Shown: positions 49,869 to 64,000, counted from the first letter of the stretch. The stretch is DNA of 64,000 nt from the human T2T-CHM13v2.0 reference genome, Homo sapiens (GCF_009914755.1 NC_060947.1), one strand, 5' to 3'. The notes: generated from the letters alone by a model not told the origin. Numbers and translations are program-made.

Positions 49869-52566
49869 TGTGTTAACCTGTTTTTGTACTGGTATAAGGA
49901 AATACCTGAGGCTGGGTGTGTTGGCTCACACCTGTAATCCCAGCACTTAGGGAGGCCAAGGCAGGTGAATCACCTGAGGTCAGGGGTTTGAGACAAGCTT
50001 GGCCAACATGGTGAAACCACATCTCTACTAATAATACAAAAAATTAGCCTGCGTTTGGTGGTGCATGCCTGTAATCCCAGCTGCTCAGGAGGCTGAGGCA
50101 GGAGAATTACTTCAACCTGGGAGGCAGAGGTTGCAGTGAGCCAAGTTTGTGCCACTGGACTCCAGCCTGGGCGACAGAGTGAGACTCCATCTCAAAAAAA
50201 AAGAAAAGAAATACCTGAGACTGGGTAATTTATAAAGAAAAGTGATTTAGTTGACTCACAGTTCCACATGGGTGGGGAGTCCTCAGAAAACTTACAATCA
50301 TGGCAGAAGGCAAAGGAAAAGCAAAGGCATGTTTTACATGGTGGCAGGCAAGAGTGTATGAAGTGCAAGCACTGTGAAAACTGCCACTTTTAAAATCATC
50401 AGATCTCATGAGATTCACTCAATATTATGAGAACAACATGGGGAAATTTGCACCCATACTTCAATCGCTTCCCATCAGCTTTCTTCCTTGATACATGGAG
50501 TTACAATTTAAAATGAGATTTGGGTATGGACACAGAGCCAAATCATATCATTCTTACCCTGTCCCCTCCCAAATTTCATGTCCTCACATTTCAGAACCAA
50601 TCATGCCTTCTCAACAGTTCCCCGAAGCATTAACTTAGAAATCCAAGTCCAAAGTCAAATCTGACACAAGTCAAGTTCCTTCCAACTGTGAGCCTGTAAA
50701 AACAAAAGGAAGTGAGTTACTTTCAAGATAAAATGGAAATACAGAAATTGGGTAAATGTTCCCATTCCAAATGGGAGAAATTGGCCAAAACAAAGAGGCC
50801 ACAGACCCCATGCAATTCCAAAATCCAACAGGGTGGTAATTAAATCTTAAAGCTTCAAAATGATCTCTTTTAACTCCATGTCTCACATCCAGGTAACACT
50901 GATGCAAGAAGTGAGATTCCATGGTCTTGGGCAGTTCTGCCTCTGTGTCTTTGCAGGATACAGCACCACTCCCAGCTGCTTTTACATTGTGTATTTGCAG
51001 CTTTTCCATGGGCACAGTGAAAGCTGTCAGTAGGCCTACCATTCTGGGGTCTGGAGAATGGTGGCCCTCTTCTCACAGATTCACTATGCAGAGCCCCAGT
51101 GGGGACTCTGTGTGGGGGCTACAACCTCACATTTCCATTCCATATTACCCCTGCAGAGTTCTCCAGAAGGGTTCTGCCCCTGCAGAAGACTTCTGTATGG
51201 ACACCCAGGCTTTTTTATACATCCTTTGAAATTTAGGCAGAGGTTCCCAAACCTCAATTCTTGACTTCTGTGTACCCACAGGCCCAACAGCACATGGAAG
51301 CCACCAAGGCCTGGGGCTTGTATCTTCTGAAGCCATGGCTTGAGCTGTGTACCTTGGCCCCCTTTAGTCATGACTGGAGCTGAAGTGGCTGGGGCACAGG
51401 GCACCATGTCCCAAGGCTGTTCTTATGTGGAGCAGTGGGGCCCTGGGCCTGGCCCATGAAACCATTTTTTTCCTCCTAGGCCTCCGGTCCTATGATAAGA
51501 GGGGCTGCCATGAAGGTCCCTGACATACCCTGGTGACATTTTCTCTATTTTCTTGGCTATTAACGTTCAGCTCCTCATTACTTATGCAAATTTATGTAGC
51601 ACGCTTGAATTTCTTCCCAGAAAACAGGTTTGACTTTTCTACCACATTGTCAGGCTGCAAATTTTCTAAATCTTTATGCTTTGCTTCCGTTTTAAACATA
51701 AGTTCCAATTTCAAACCTTCTTTTTGTGAACACATAAAACTGAAGGCTTTCAGAATCAACCAGGTCACTTCTTGAATGCTTTGCTTCTTAGAATTTATTC
51801 TGCCAGACACCCTAAATCATCTTTCTCAAGTTCAAAGTTCCACAGATATTTAAGTCAGGGGCAAAATGCCACCCACCTCTTTGCTAAAGCATAGCAAAAG
51901 TCACCTTTATTCCAGTTCCTCATCTTCATCTGAGACTACCTCAGCCTGTACTTTGTTGTCCATATCACTATCAGCGTTTTAGTCAAAATCATTTTGATAA
52001 GTCTCTAGGAAGTTCCAAACTTTCTCACATCTTTCTGTCTTCTTCTGAGCCCTCCAAACTGTTTCAACCTTTGCCCATTACTACTGAGTCCCATTACAAC
52101 AAAAGTTGCTTTCACATTTTGCCATTTCTTAATAGCAGTGCCCCACTACATTGATACCAATTTTCTGTATTAGTTTGTTCTCACACTGCTATAAAGAAAT
52201 ACCTCTGACTGGGTAACTTATAAAGGAAAGAGGTTTAATTGACTCACAGTTCTGTATAGCTGGTAAGGTCTCAGGAAACCTACAATCATGGTGGAAGGCG
52301 AAGGTGAAGCAAGAACCTCTTCACAGGGGTGTCAGGAGAGAGAAGTGCAAGTAGGGTAAATGCCAGATGCCTATAATACGTCCAATCTCATGACACTCAC
52401 TCACTATCATGAGAACAGCATAGTGAGTGAGTCTCATGAGATCTGATATATTATAGGGGAAACCGCCCCCATGATCCAATCACCTTCCATCAGGTTTCTC
52501 CCTTGACACATGGGGATTACAATTTAAGAGAAGAATTGAGGGAGGAATCAGAGCCAAGCCATATCA
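49869..52566 (-). mobile_element. Full-length MSTA/THE1D-like MaLR element
   Basis: LTRs 49869-50550 (Alu inside) and 52166-52566; MaLR internal region; TSD gatat/catat. Confidence 0.88.
49910..50204 (+). mobile_element. AluS
   Basis: Full dimer; TSD aaggaaatacctga/aagaaatacctga. Confidence 0.92.
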
Positions 52567-53092
52567 CATATTTTTAATGTGCTGTTAAATTCTATTTGCT
52601 AGTATTTTATTAAGTAGTATTGTATCAATATTTATGAGGGATATTAGTGAGTTGTTTTCTTATAGTGTCTTTGTCTGGATATAGTAATAGGATAATACTG
52701 GCATCATCAAATAAGGTTTAAAGTGTTTTATTCTCTTTAAAGTTTTGGAAAAATTTTATGATGATTGGTATTAGTTATTTTTAAAATATTTGGTAGAATT
52801 TACCAGAAATGTAATCTCTTTTGGGGCTTTTCTTTGTTCGGTGAGGTTTAATTAATAACTCAATCTCTTTATTTTTATAGGTCTATGAAATTTTCTGTTT
52901 TCACAATTTATTCTTAGTAAACACGTATTTTTAGAAATTTCCCATTTCAATGTATACTTGAGAAAAATGTGTATTCTGTTGTTGAGTGTCTTCATATGTC
53001 TCTTAGATACAATTAGTTTATAAGGTTATTCAAGTCCTCTATTTCTGTATTGATCTTCTGTCCGGCTGTTCTATTCATTTTTGAAAGTGAGG
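52567..53092 (-). mobile_element. Old L1M ORF2 fragment (continues 49660-49868 and 55400-56290)
   Basis: tatttgctagtatttt, tggtagaatttaccag, aatctcccactattattg. Confidence 0.7.
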
Positions 53093-55399
53093 TGCTATGG
53101 TGAAAATGTGTGTGTCCCCAAAATTCATTTGTTAGAATTATAATCCCCAAGTTGATGGTATTAGAAAATGGGGCCTTTGGGGAGGTGATTAGATTATAAG
53201 GGTGGAATCTTTGTGAATGGGATTTGTGCTTATATTAAAGAGTCCCCAAAGATCTGTGAGGACACAGTTAAAAGGTGCCATCTATGACCAAAGAAATAGG
53301 CCCTCTTCTGGGTCTTAGATGTCCCAGCCTCAAGAATTGTGAAAAATAATATTTGTTGTGGATGTATCACCCCATTTACAGTATTTTGTTATAGAAGTCC
53401 AAACAAACTAAGATAAAATTGGTACCCAGAAGTGGGGGTGCCACTGTAACAAATGCCTAAAATGGTAGAATAATTTTTGGAACTGGGTAATGAGTAGAGA
53501 TTAGAACAATTTTGAACTGCATGCTAGAAAAAGTCTGTATTTCCAAAAACAGACTACTAAGGGTGCTTCTGGTGAGGAATAAGGAAAAGACAAAATTTGT
53601 AGACAAAGAGTTAAACTTCTTAGAGTGTACTTAAATGGTCATGATCTGAATTTCACTGGAAATACTAAAAATATGAATGGCAAAGGCCATTGCAATGAAG
53701 TCTACTTGGAAATAATGAACATGCTAGTTGAAAACTAATAGGCTCGCAATTCTTCTCATAAAGTGGCAAAGGACTTGGCTGAATTATGTTGATAAGTGTT
53801 GTGGAAAAAAGAATTTACAAGTGACCAAATAGGACATTTGACTAAAAAATTTCTAAGCAAAGTGTTGAAAGCACAGTTTGACTTTTCTTTAATTGGTACA
53901 GTATAATCAAGAAAAGGAGAATAATGTTATAATTAAATGTTTAATAAGAAATGAAGCAGGACTTAAAGATTGGAAAATTCTCTTTCAGCCTATACTGTAA
54001 AAAATGAGAAAATGTGGTAAAAAGGTAACATCAAAGGTATGGCCAAGTGACTATTTAATAAGAAGATCAGTATGGCTTGGCCAGGTGCTGTTCATTAAGA
54101 TAATTTTAAAAAGACCTCTAATATATTTTTGTATTATCCATCAAAGGCTCAGAGTCCCAGGTTCTGCAGTACAGATAAATAATTAAAAAGAAGGGGCTGT
54201 AGGTATCGACAGGGTCACAGTACTTGCTGCCTAACACAGCCTAAAGGCTCTGCTCATCACACTCCATTGCTGTGCTCCTCAGTCACCCCAAGTGTAGCTC
54301 CAGCAGATTACAGTATGGTATGCATTGTGCCCAGTGAAGCTGTGGGAAAGTGACTGCCTCAACCTGGATTTCAAAGGAGACTCCAGAAAGCTGCAAAGCC
54401 CAGACAGAAACGAACTGTGAGGATGAGGCCTTTTTTATAGAGTCCCTACTAGGGAAATGCCTGTGAGGGTGGGGATACCTCCTTTATGTCAGGCTGGTGT
54501 GCATGAAATTCTAGCTTAGACAAGCCACAGGTATACAACCCAGGCACACAGCAACCACAGAGGTGGGGCCACTACAGTTAAATGCCATGGACATGGAGCA
54601 TCCCAAAGCTGTGAGGGAAGGGCCATTGCTTCAGTGGATCTGGAAGGCAGACTTCCACCCGGTGGTCCTGGAAGGCTGAAACTTGAGTCTAAGAAAATTA
54701 TTCTTGAGCCTTAACACATTGAAATTTCTCAAAACCTGTTACTCCTTTTTAATTTTCTGTTTATTCCTTTTAAAAAAGAATGTCTGTCCCAACATTGCAT
54801 TTTGGAAGAACTTAACATGTTTAATTTCACAGTTTCACAGCTGGATGGCAATTTGTCTCAGGATAAATCATATCTTCAGTTTCATCTATATCTTATTTAA
54901 ATGACATTTAGATAAGACTTTAAACTTAGACTTTAACATTGATTATGAAATGAGTTAAAACTTCCGGGTATATTGGAATAAAGTGAATGTATTTTGCATG
55001 TAAGAAGAAAGAAATGTTTAAAAAGAATGAAATGGTATGGCCTAAATGTTTTTGTCTCTCCAGAATTTACATAATGAAATCCTAACTTTAAAAGTGATGG
55101 TACTAGAAGGTGAAGCCATTTGGGAAGGTGATAGGTTGTGAGGATACAGCCTTCATGAATGGGAGTAGTGGTCTTATAAAAGAGGCCCCAGGGAGTTGCT
55201 TTGCCTCTCCCTCCATGTGAGGATATAGCAAGTAAGTTTCATCTATAAAACAGGAAACAGGCTTTCACTAGACACCAAATCTGCTAAAACATTGATCTTG
55301 AACTTGTCAGCCACCAAAACTGTGAAAAATAAATGTTTTTGGCTTTTAAGTCACCCATTTTATGGTATTTTGTTATATCAGCCTAAATAGCCAAAAACA
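53093..55399 (+). mobile_element. Full-length MLT1A-like MaLR element
   Basis: LTRs about 53093-53415 and 55033-55399; internal start aaattggtacccagaagtggggg...ggaactgggtaatg. Confidence 0.8.
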
Positions 55400-56294
55400 T
55401 AATGTATTTCAATCTCCCACTATTATTGTACAATTGTCAATTTCTTCCTTTTATTCTGTTAACATTTCCTTCACATATTTTTGAGCTCCGATGTTTGGTG
55501 GGTATGAATATGCAAATTGTATCTTGTTGGTGAATTGATACTTTTATTAGTATATAATGTACTTTTTTGTCTCTATCAGTTTTTTTATGTAAATTCTATT
55601 TAGCGTTATGTTAGTATAGCCACCCCAGCTCTTTTGCTTACTATTTGTATAAATTTTTTTTTCACATTTTTTTACTTGTAACCTCTTGTGTCCTTAAATT
55701 TAAAGTGTGTCTCTTGTAGACAGCATATAGTGGGATGCTATTTTTTAAAATCCGTTTTGCTAATTTATTTCTTTGGTTGTGTAGCTAATCCATTTCTACA
55801 TCAAGTGGTTATTTATAGGGAAGGATTTAATTTTTTCATTTTTAATTTGTTTTTGTTATGTCTTACAGTTCTTTTTGTCCTTCATTTCCTCCATTACTGA
55901 CATTTTTATGTTTAGTAATTTATTTTGTAGTGATAAATTATGGTATTCTTCTTATTTTTTGTATATATTGTGTAGATATTTTGTATTTATTATGGGGATT
56001 GCATGTAATATTCCAAATTAATAATGATATATTTTCAATCATATCAACTTAACTTTGATTGCATACACTCTAATCCTGTACAGCTTTGTCTCTCCATTTT
56101 ATGTAGTTATCAAACACTACATAAATAATGTTTATTTATTAAAGTAGTTTTGAAATTATTTTATACTTTTTAAAATCCTGTAGAAAAATAATAACTGGAG
56201 TTTCAATCTAAAATTACAGCAATACTGGCTTTTATATATATCTATGTATTTGCTTTTACTGGAGATCTTTATACACAGCTGTTTTATTTGTAAT

Positions 56295-58104
56295 TTTTTC
56301 TACTTTTACTTTAGATTTGGGGGTACATGTGTAGGTTTGTTACATGAGTAAATTGCATGTCACTGAGTTTTGGTGTACAAATAATCCCATTACCCAGTTA
56401 GTGAGCATAGTACCTGTATTAGTCCGTTTTCATGCTGGTGATAAAGACATACCCAAGACTGGGCAATTTACAAAAGAAAGAGGTTTAATTGGAGTCACAG
56501 TTCCATGTGGCTGGGGAGGCCTCACAATCATGGCAGAAGGCAAGGAGGAGCAAGTCACATCTTACGTGGATGGTGGCAGGCAAAAAGAGAGCTTGTGCAG
56601 AGAAACTCCCATTTTTGAAACCATAAAATCTTGTGGGACTCATTCGCTATCAAGAGAACAGCTCAAGAAAGACCCACCTCCGTAATTCAATCACCTCCCA
56701 CCAGGTTCCTCCCAAGACATGTGGGAATTGTGGAAGTTACAATTTAAGATGAGATTGGGTGAGGACACAGCCGAGCCCTATCAGTACACAATAGGTAGCC
56801 TTCCAAAGTATGCCCTTCTTCTACCCTCCCCTGTAAAGCAGTCCCTAGGTTCTACTATTTTCATCTTTGTTTTCATATGTATTCAGTGTTTTGCCCCAAC
56901 TAATAAGTGATGACATGCAATATTTATTTTGTTGCTGTTCCTGAATCAGTTCATTTAGGATAATGGACTTCAGTACCATCCATGTCCTGGGCTTTTTTTG
57001 GTTGATCAACTGTTTATTACTGCCTCAATTTTAGAACTTGTTATTGGTCTGTTCAGAGATTCAATTATTTTCTGGTTCCTTCTTGAGAGGGTGTATGTGT
57101 CCAGGAATTTATTTCTTCTCTATTTTCTAGTTTATGTGCATAGAGGTGTTTATAGTATTATTTGATGGTTGTTTATATTTCTGTAGGATCAGTGGTAATA
57201 GTCCCCTTATCATTTCTGATTGTGTTTATTTGAATCTTCTCTCTTTTCTTCTTTCTTACATCTATTTTATTAGTTTTTTCAAAAAAAAAAAAAACAGCTC
57301 CTGGGTTTGTTCATTTTTTTTTGTCTCAGTCTCCTTCAGTTTAGCTCTTATTTTGGTTATTTCTTGTCTTCTGCTAGCTTTGGGGTTTGTTTGCTCTTGG
57401 TTATCTAGTTCTTTCAGTTTTGATGTTAGGTTGTTAACTTGAGATCGTTCTAGCTTGTTGATGTGGGCATTTAGTGCTATAATTTTCCTTCTCAACACTG
57501 CTTTATGTGTGTCCCAGAGATTCTGGTACATTGTATCTTTGTTCTTTTTAGTTTCAAAGAACTTCTTGATTTCTGCCTTACTTTACCATTTACCCAAGAG
57601 TCATTCAGGAGCAGGTTGTTCAGTTTCCATGTAGCTGTATGGTTTCGAGTGAATTTCTTAATCTTAAATTCTAATTTGATTGTGCTGTGGTCTTAGAGAC
57701 TGTTTATTTTGATTTCAGTTCTTTTGCATTTGCTGAGGTATGTTTTACTGTCAATTATGTGATCAATTTTAGAGTAAGTGCCATGTGGTGATGAGAAGAA
57801 AGTATGTCCTCTTGTTCTTGGGTGAAAGATATATTGATACTTATCTGGTTTACCTGATCCAGACCTGAGTTCAGGACTTGAATATTTTTGTTAATTTTCT
57901 TTCTCGATGATATGTCTAATATGGTCAGTGGGGTGTTAAAGTCTCCCACTATTATTGTGTGGGAGTCTAAGTCTCTTTAACTGTCTCTAAGAACTTGCTT
58001 TGTGTATCTAGATGCTCCTGTATTAGGCACATATATATTTATAATAGTTAGATTTTCTTGTTGAATTGGACCCTTTACTATCATTGCCCTTATTTTTGTT
58101 TTTT

Positions 58105-58136
<32 letters not shown>

Positions 58137-60870
58137 GTTTAAAATCTGTTTTGTCAGAAACTAGGATTGCAACCCTGGATTTTTTTCTATTTTCCATTTG
58201 CTTAATAAATTTTCATCCATCCCTTTATTTTGAGCCCAAGTGTGTCTTTGTATGTGAGATGGGTCTCTTGAAGACAGCATATCATTCTGTGTCTTTTAAT
58301 TGGGGCATTTATCCCACTTACATTTAAGGTTAGTCGTGGTTATGTGTGGATTTGATCTTGTCATCATGATGCTAGCTGGTTATTTTGCTGACTTGTTTAT
58401 ATCATTGTTTCATAGTCTCACTGGTCTGTGTACTTCAGTGTGTTTTTGTAGTGGCTGGTTACCGTTTTTTTTTTTTTTTCTTTAATATGTTTACTTCTTC
58501 CTTCAGGAGCTCTTGTAAGGCAGGTTTGGTGATAATGAATTCCCTCAGCGTTTGTTTCTATGAAAAGCATCTTATTTCTCCTTCATTTATGAAGCTTAGT
58601 TTGGCCAGATATGAAATTCTGAGTTGAAAAATGCTTTTCTTTAAGAAGAAAAGAAGGTTCTTTTAAGAAGGTTAAATATCATCCCCCAATCTTTTCTGGC
58701 TTGTAGGGTTTCCACTGAAAGGTCTGCTGTTAGTCTGATGGGATTTACTTTGTAGGTGACCTGGTCTTTCTCTCTGGCTGCCCTTAAAATATTTTTCTTT
58801 AATTTTGATCCTGGAGAATCTGATGATTATGTGTCTTGGGGATGATCTTCTCATGGAGTATCTTACTAGGGGGTTCTCTGCATTTTCTGAATTTGAATGT
58901 TGGCCTCTATAGCTAGGTTGGGGAAGTTCTCCTGGGTCATATTCTGAAGTATATTTTTCAACTTGATTCCATTTTTCCCATCTCTTTCAGGTACCCCAAA
59001 CAGTTGTAGATTTGGTCGCTTTACATAATCACGTATATCTCAGAGGTTTTGTTAATTCCTTTTCATTCTTTTTTTCTGTATTCTTGTCTACCTTTCTTAT
59101 TTCAGGAAGATAGTTTTCAAGCTCTGAGATCTTTCCTCCACTCAGTCTATTCTGCTACTAATACTTGTGATTGCATCGTGAAATTCTAGTAGTTTCTTTC
59201 TTTTTTTTTTTTTTGAGCTCTATTAAGTTGGTTATGCTCATCTCTTAACTGGCTATTTTGGCTGTCAGCTCCTGTATTGTTTTATAATTCTTAGGTTCTT
59301 TGCATTGGGTTACAACGTGCTCCTTTAGCGCAGTGAAGTTTGTTTTTATTCCCATCTTGAAGCCTACTTACGTCATTTCAATGATGTCAGTTTCAACCCA
59401 GTTATGAGCCCTTGTTGAAGAGGTGTTGTGATCACTTGGAGGAAAAAGTGGCATTCTGGATTTTTGAGTTTTCAGTGTTTATGCATTCTTTCTCATCTTT
59501 GTGGGCTTATTTACCTTTGATCTTTGAGGTTGCTGGCCTTTGGATGGGTTTTTGTGATTTTCTTTGTTGTTGTTGTTTGTTTGTTTGTTTTTCTTTGAAC
59601 AGTCTGGCCACTCTTCCATAGGGCTGTTGTGGTTTGCTGGGGGATCGCTTCATTCCCTAGTTGCCTCGACTTTTTCCATAACTGCAGGTATCATCAGTAA
59701 AGGTTGCAGAACAGCGAAGATGGCAGCCAGCCTTTTTCTTTGGAAGCTCCATCCTGGGGTGTACTGACCTGTTACCCACCCAAATGCACCTGTAGGAGGT
59801 AGCTGGAGACCCCAGTTGGGAGGTGTCAACCTGTCAGGAGGAATAAAATCAGGGACCTGCTTAAAGAAGCAGTCTGGCTGCTTTCTGTTAGAGCAGTTGT
59901 GCTGTGTCGGGGATCTCTTCAGCCCCTGATTGGTTTGGGCTCTCCAAGACTCACAGGCTGGACCAGCTGAGAAGCCCAAATAGCGAAGGCGGTGGCCTGC
60001 CCCACATCCCAGGCACTTCATATCAGGGAGAAATTAGAGCTCTGTCTGCTTTAAAACACAAGTGAGAGTGGCTGGAAGCCTCAGCTTGGAGAACCCACCC
60101 TATGAGGAGGAGTGAATCAGGGTCCTGCTTAAGGAAGCAGTCTGGCTATTATCTGTCAAAGCAGCAGTGCTGTGCTGTGGGAATGCTTCCTTGTCCAGAC
60201 TGGACTTTCTGAAATCTGCAGGATGGAATGGTTGAGTTGATAAAACAGCAAAGATGGCGGCCCTCCCATCTCAGGCATGTATCAACCTGTTGCCAGTGTC
60301 TAACTGGAGTTCCAAGCCAATAGGTCTTATCATGTGAGATGTGGACACCCCCCCATTCTGTGGGGTCCACAGAATGATGCTTCTTGGCTCCCTGAACACA
60401 GCCCCCTTCCTAGGGGTATGTACAGACATTCCACCTTTCTTGAGTTGCAGACACATTTGTTTGGGGATCCCAGGGCTGGAGCATGTAAAACTCCTGGATC
60501 TCTGTGTGTGGAGACACAGCTTTGTGTGTCAGACCCAAGGCCTTGGTGGCATGGGCTCACAAGGAGATCTCCTGATTCATGTGTTGCAAAGGTCCATGGA
60601 AGAAGTGTGGTTTTCCAGGGTCACACAAACACTCACTGCTTCCCTTGGCTGGGGGTGGGAGTTCCCTTGGCTTTAGATCGCTCCTGGATAAGCCATCACC
60701 CCACCTTGTTTTTCTTCATTCTCCATGGGTCTGGTTGTTTCCCTGATCAGTCCCAAGGCGAGTACTTGGATATTGCAGTTGAAGGTGCTGTATTCACTTG
60801 CCCCTTTCCTTCCTTTCCGTGAGTGCTGCAGACCTCAGCTGCTTCCAATTGGCCATCTTGACCCCCTCCA
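56295..60870 (-). mobile_element. Old L1PA (PA13-16-like), 3' end to 5'UTR, with a large ORF2 deletion near 56985
   Basis: 3'UTR 56295-56985; EN frames MGDFNTPLTILD and [13 protein letters not shown]; ORF1 RRSSPRHIIIRFS; 5' end ggccatcttgaccccctcc. Confidence 0.88.
56415..56783 (-). mobile_element. THE1 solo LTR
   Basis: tgtattagtcc...cctatca; TSD gtacc/gtaca. Confidence 0.92.
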
Positions 60871-63800
60871 GTACCATGGATATTTTTATTGTATTTTTCA
60901 TTTCAATTTTATTTATTTCTGCTCAGCTCTTTATTATTATTTTTTCTTCTACTAAATTTTTATTTGGTTTGCTTTTGCTTTTCTAGTTTTTTAAGATTAA
61001 TCATTAAATTGTTTATTTGAATTCTTTCTCTTTTCCAATGTAGGAATTTATAACCATAAACTTTTCTCTTAGTACTGTTTTTGCTTTACCTCATAGGTTT
61101 TGGTATGTTGCGTTTTCATTATCGTTTTTCAAGAATAATTTCAATTTTCTTATTAATTTCTTCATTGACCCACTTCTCATTCAGGAGTATATTATTCAAT
61201 TTCAATGTATTTGTAGTTTCCAAAATTCTTCTTGTTATTTATTTCTAGTTGTATTATATTGTGGTGAGAGAAGATGCTTGATATTATTTCAATTTGTTTT
61301 GGAATATTTTAAGAATTGTTTTGTGACCTAATGCATGGTAGGTCACACACACACAAAAATAGATGTCTATTGTAGCCTTCACCGTCTGGTCTTATTTTTA
61401 GCCATCTTTTTGGGGAACACTTTGAGAATGATCTATGGGCTGAAGACAAGAATGTATATTCTGCAGCTGTTAGATAACATGTTCTGTGAATATCTATTAG
61501 ATCTACTTGGTCTATAGTGCTGATTAATTCTGATATTTGTTTGTTAACTTTGTCTGGAACATGTGTCCAATGCTGAAAGTGGATTGTTGAAGTTTCCAGC
61601 TGGTATTGTATTAGGGCCTATCTCTGTTTTTATTTCTAATAATGTTTGGTTTATATATCTGGGTGCCACAGTGTTGGCTGCACATATATTTACAATTGTT
61701 ATCGCTTCTTGCTGAACTGACTCCTTTATTATTATATAGTGCCTTTATTTGTGTCTTCTTATAGGCTTTATCTAGAGATTTATTTCTGTCTAATATGAGC
61801 ATATCTACTCTTTTTTTTTGGTTTTCTTTGGCAAAAAAAATATCTTTTATTACCCATTTATTTTTAATCTGTGTATGTGTGTGTGTGTGTGTGTGTGTTT
61901 AACATGTTTAGTGTGTTTCTTTTAGGCAACAGATCAATGTTTTTTTTAAATATATTTACATTGAATCAGACTATGTCTTTTGATTGGAGAATTTAGTTCA
62001 TTTACATTCAGTTTTATTATTGATAAGTAAGCGCTTTTTTTTCTGCCAGTTTGTTATTTGTTTTCTAGTAGTTTTGTGGTATTCTCTTCTTTCTTTCTTT
62101 CATTCCTCCCTTCCTCTAGTGAAAATGATTTTATCTGGTGATATGGGTTAGATTATTGCTTTTTGTGTGTCTATTGTGTGATTTTTAAGATTACAATGAG
62201 GCTTGCAAATACTATCTTGTAATCCATTATTTTTACCTGATAACAATTTAACACTATTTGCATAAGCAAGCAAACTAGCAACAAGAAAACTAATAAAAAA
62301 CTCTACACCTTAACTTCATCCTCCCACCTTTTAACATTTTGTTGTTTTTATTTATGTCTTATTGTACTGACTATGTCTTGAAAAGTTGTTGTAGTTATTA
62401 ATTTTGATTGCTTTTTCATGTAGCCTTTCCATTTAGGAAAAGAGTTTTTTACACACCACAGTTACAGTGTTATAATATTCTGTGCTTTTTTTGGACTTAT
62501 TATTATTAGTGAGTTGTATCTTCAGGTGATTATTAATTGCTCACTAATATCATCTTTTTCTGATTGAAGTATTCCCTTAAGTGTTCTTGTAGGACTGGTA
62601 TGGTGTTGATGAAATTCCTTAGCTTTTGTTTGTCCTGAAAAGTCTTTATTTATCCTTCACATTTGAAGGATATTTTCACCAGATGTCCTATTATAGGATA
62701 ATTTTATTTTCTTCAGCATTTTAAATGTGTCATGTCACCCTCTCCTGGCCTGTATGGTTTCGGCTGGAAAGTTTACTGCCAGATGTACTGGAGCTCCATT
62801 GTACGTTATTTGTTTATTTTCTATTGCTGCTTTTAGAATTTTTATTTTGTTTCACCTTTGGGAATTTGATTATGAAATGGGTAGTCTTTTTTTGGGCTAA
62901 ATCTGCTTAGTGTTCTATAATCTTCTTGTACTTGGATGTTGATATCTTTCTCTAGATTTGGAATGTTTTCTGTTATTATCCCTTTGAATAAACTTTCTAC
63001 CCCTACCTTTTGCTCTACCTCCTCTTTAAGTTCAATACGTCTTAGATTTGCCGTTTTGAGGCTATTTTCTAGATCCTGGAAATGCACTTTATAGTTTTGT
63101 ATTCTTTTTCACTTCATCTTTTCTGACTTTGTATTTTCAAATAGCCTGTCTTCAAGATCAATAATTTTTTCTCCTGCATGATCCATTCTATTATTAAAGA
63201 TTCTGATGAAATCTTCAGTATGCCAATTGCATTTATGAATTCCAGAAATTCTGGTTGATTTTTAAAATTTATTTCAATATTTTTGTTCAATTTATCTGAT
63301 AGAATTCTGTATTCCTTCTGTGTGTTATCTCGAATTGCTTTGAATTTTATCAATACAACTATTTTGAATTATCTAAAATGTCAGATATCTGTGTTTCTCT
63401 GGGGTTGATCATTTATGATTTAGTTCATTTGGTGAAATTATGTTTTCCTGGATGGTGTTGATACTAGTAGATGTTCTTCAATGTCTGGGCATTGAAAAGT
63501 TAGATGTCTATTGTAGCCTTCACCGTCTGCTCTTATTTTTAGCCATCTTTTTGGGGAACACTTCCAGATATTTCAAAGAACTTGGGTGTTGTAATCTAAG
63601 CTGTTTCTGCTTTAGGGGGCACCACAAGCCTAGTAATCTTTCAGACTCAAAGGTGCTCTGCCTTGATGTTCTTGAACAAGATCACAAAAAACTCTGAATT
63701 ACCAGGCAGAAACTCTTGTTCTCTTCCTTTACTTTCTTCCAAAATATATAGTTTCTGTCTGTTCTGAGCCACTTATAGCTGGGGGTTTAGTGACACAAGT

Positions 63801-64000
63801 ACTCCTGTATCCACCACAGCTATGACTGTGCTGCATTAGACCTGAAGCCAGCACAGTGCTGGGTCTCACCTAACACCTGCTTTAACCATTCTTTTGCTAC
63901 TGCCTATGTTCACTCAAGGCTCTGGAGCTCTACAATCACCAGGTGGCAAAGCCAGGGTGGCCTATGTCTTTTTCTTCAGGGACATGAGGTCCCCCAGTCG
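60871..64000 (-). mobile_element. Old L1 (L1M/L1MA-type): EN, ORF1 and start of the 5'UTR
   Basis: ORF1 frames QDLENSLKTANLRRIELKEEVE..VESLFKGIITENIPNLEKDINIQVQE; UTR homologous to 1-140. Confidence 0.85.

Noticed and set aside
59830-60200. Diverged duplicated block (cagggacctgcttaaagaagcagtctggc) in the L1 5'UTR
   Set aside because: Internal repeats are a normal feature of old primate L1 5'UTRs
63860-64000. Similarity between the window end and the window start, suggesting a tandem segmental duplication
   Set aside because: Heavily diverged and limited to L1 5'UTR sequence; better explained by two independent copies of one family

Overview
AT-rich primate (human-like) genomic DNA made almost entirely of nested transposable elements. 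I find no supportable protein-coding gene, RNA gene or CRISPR array; the ORF track consists of decayed retroelement frames or chance ORFs. Main architecture: (i) a near-full-length minus-strand L1 (1335-16460) split by an MST LTR and by a complete MER4-group provirus (4633-14217) that carries a decayed ERV-L/Fv1-like gag and two THE1 insertions; (ii) a second, plus-strand MER4-group provirus (from 17372) that received MER4A1, an ERVL-type LTR, HERV-H, LTR2B, MER4A and THE1 insertions; (iii) a HERV-H provirus (19967-26239, minus, TSD GGCTT) with three LTR7 copies, two of them in tandem at the 5' end; (iv) L1, Alu, MaLR and DNA-transposon layers to the end of the window, including a twin-primed L1PB. 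Several fold-back or templated-insertion scars occur (16458, 31490, 33460, 40828, 52370, 61339). Family names come from remembered consensus sequences rather than a database search, so subfamily calls are tentative.
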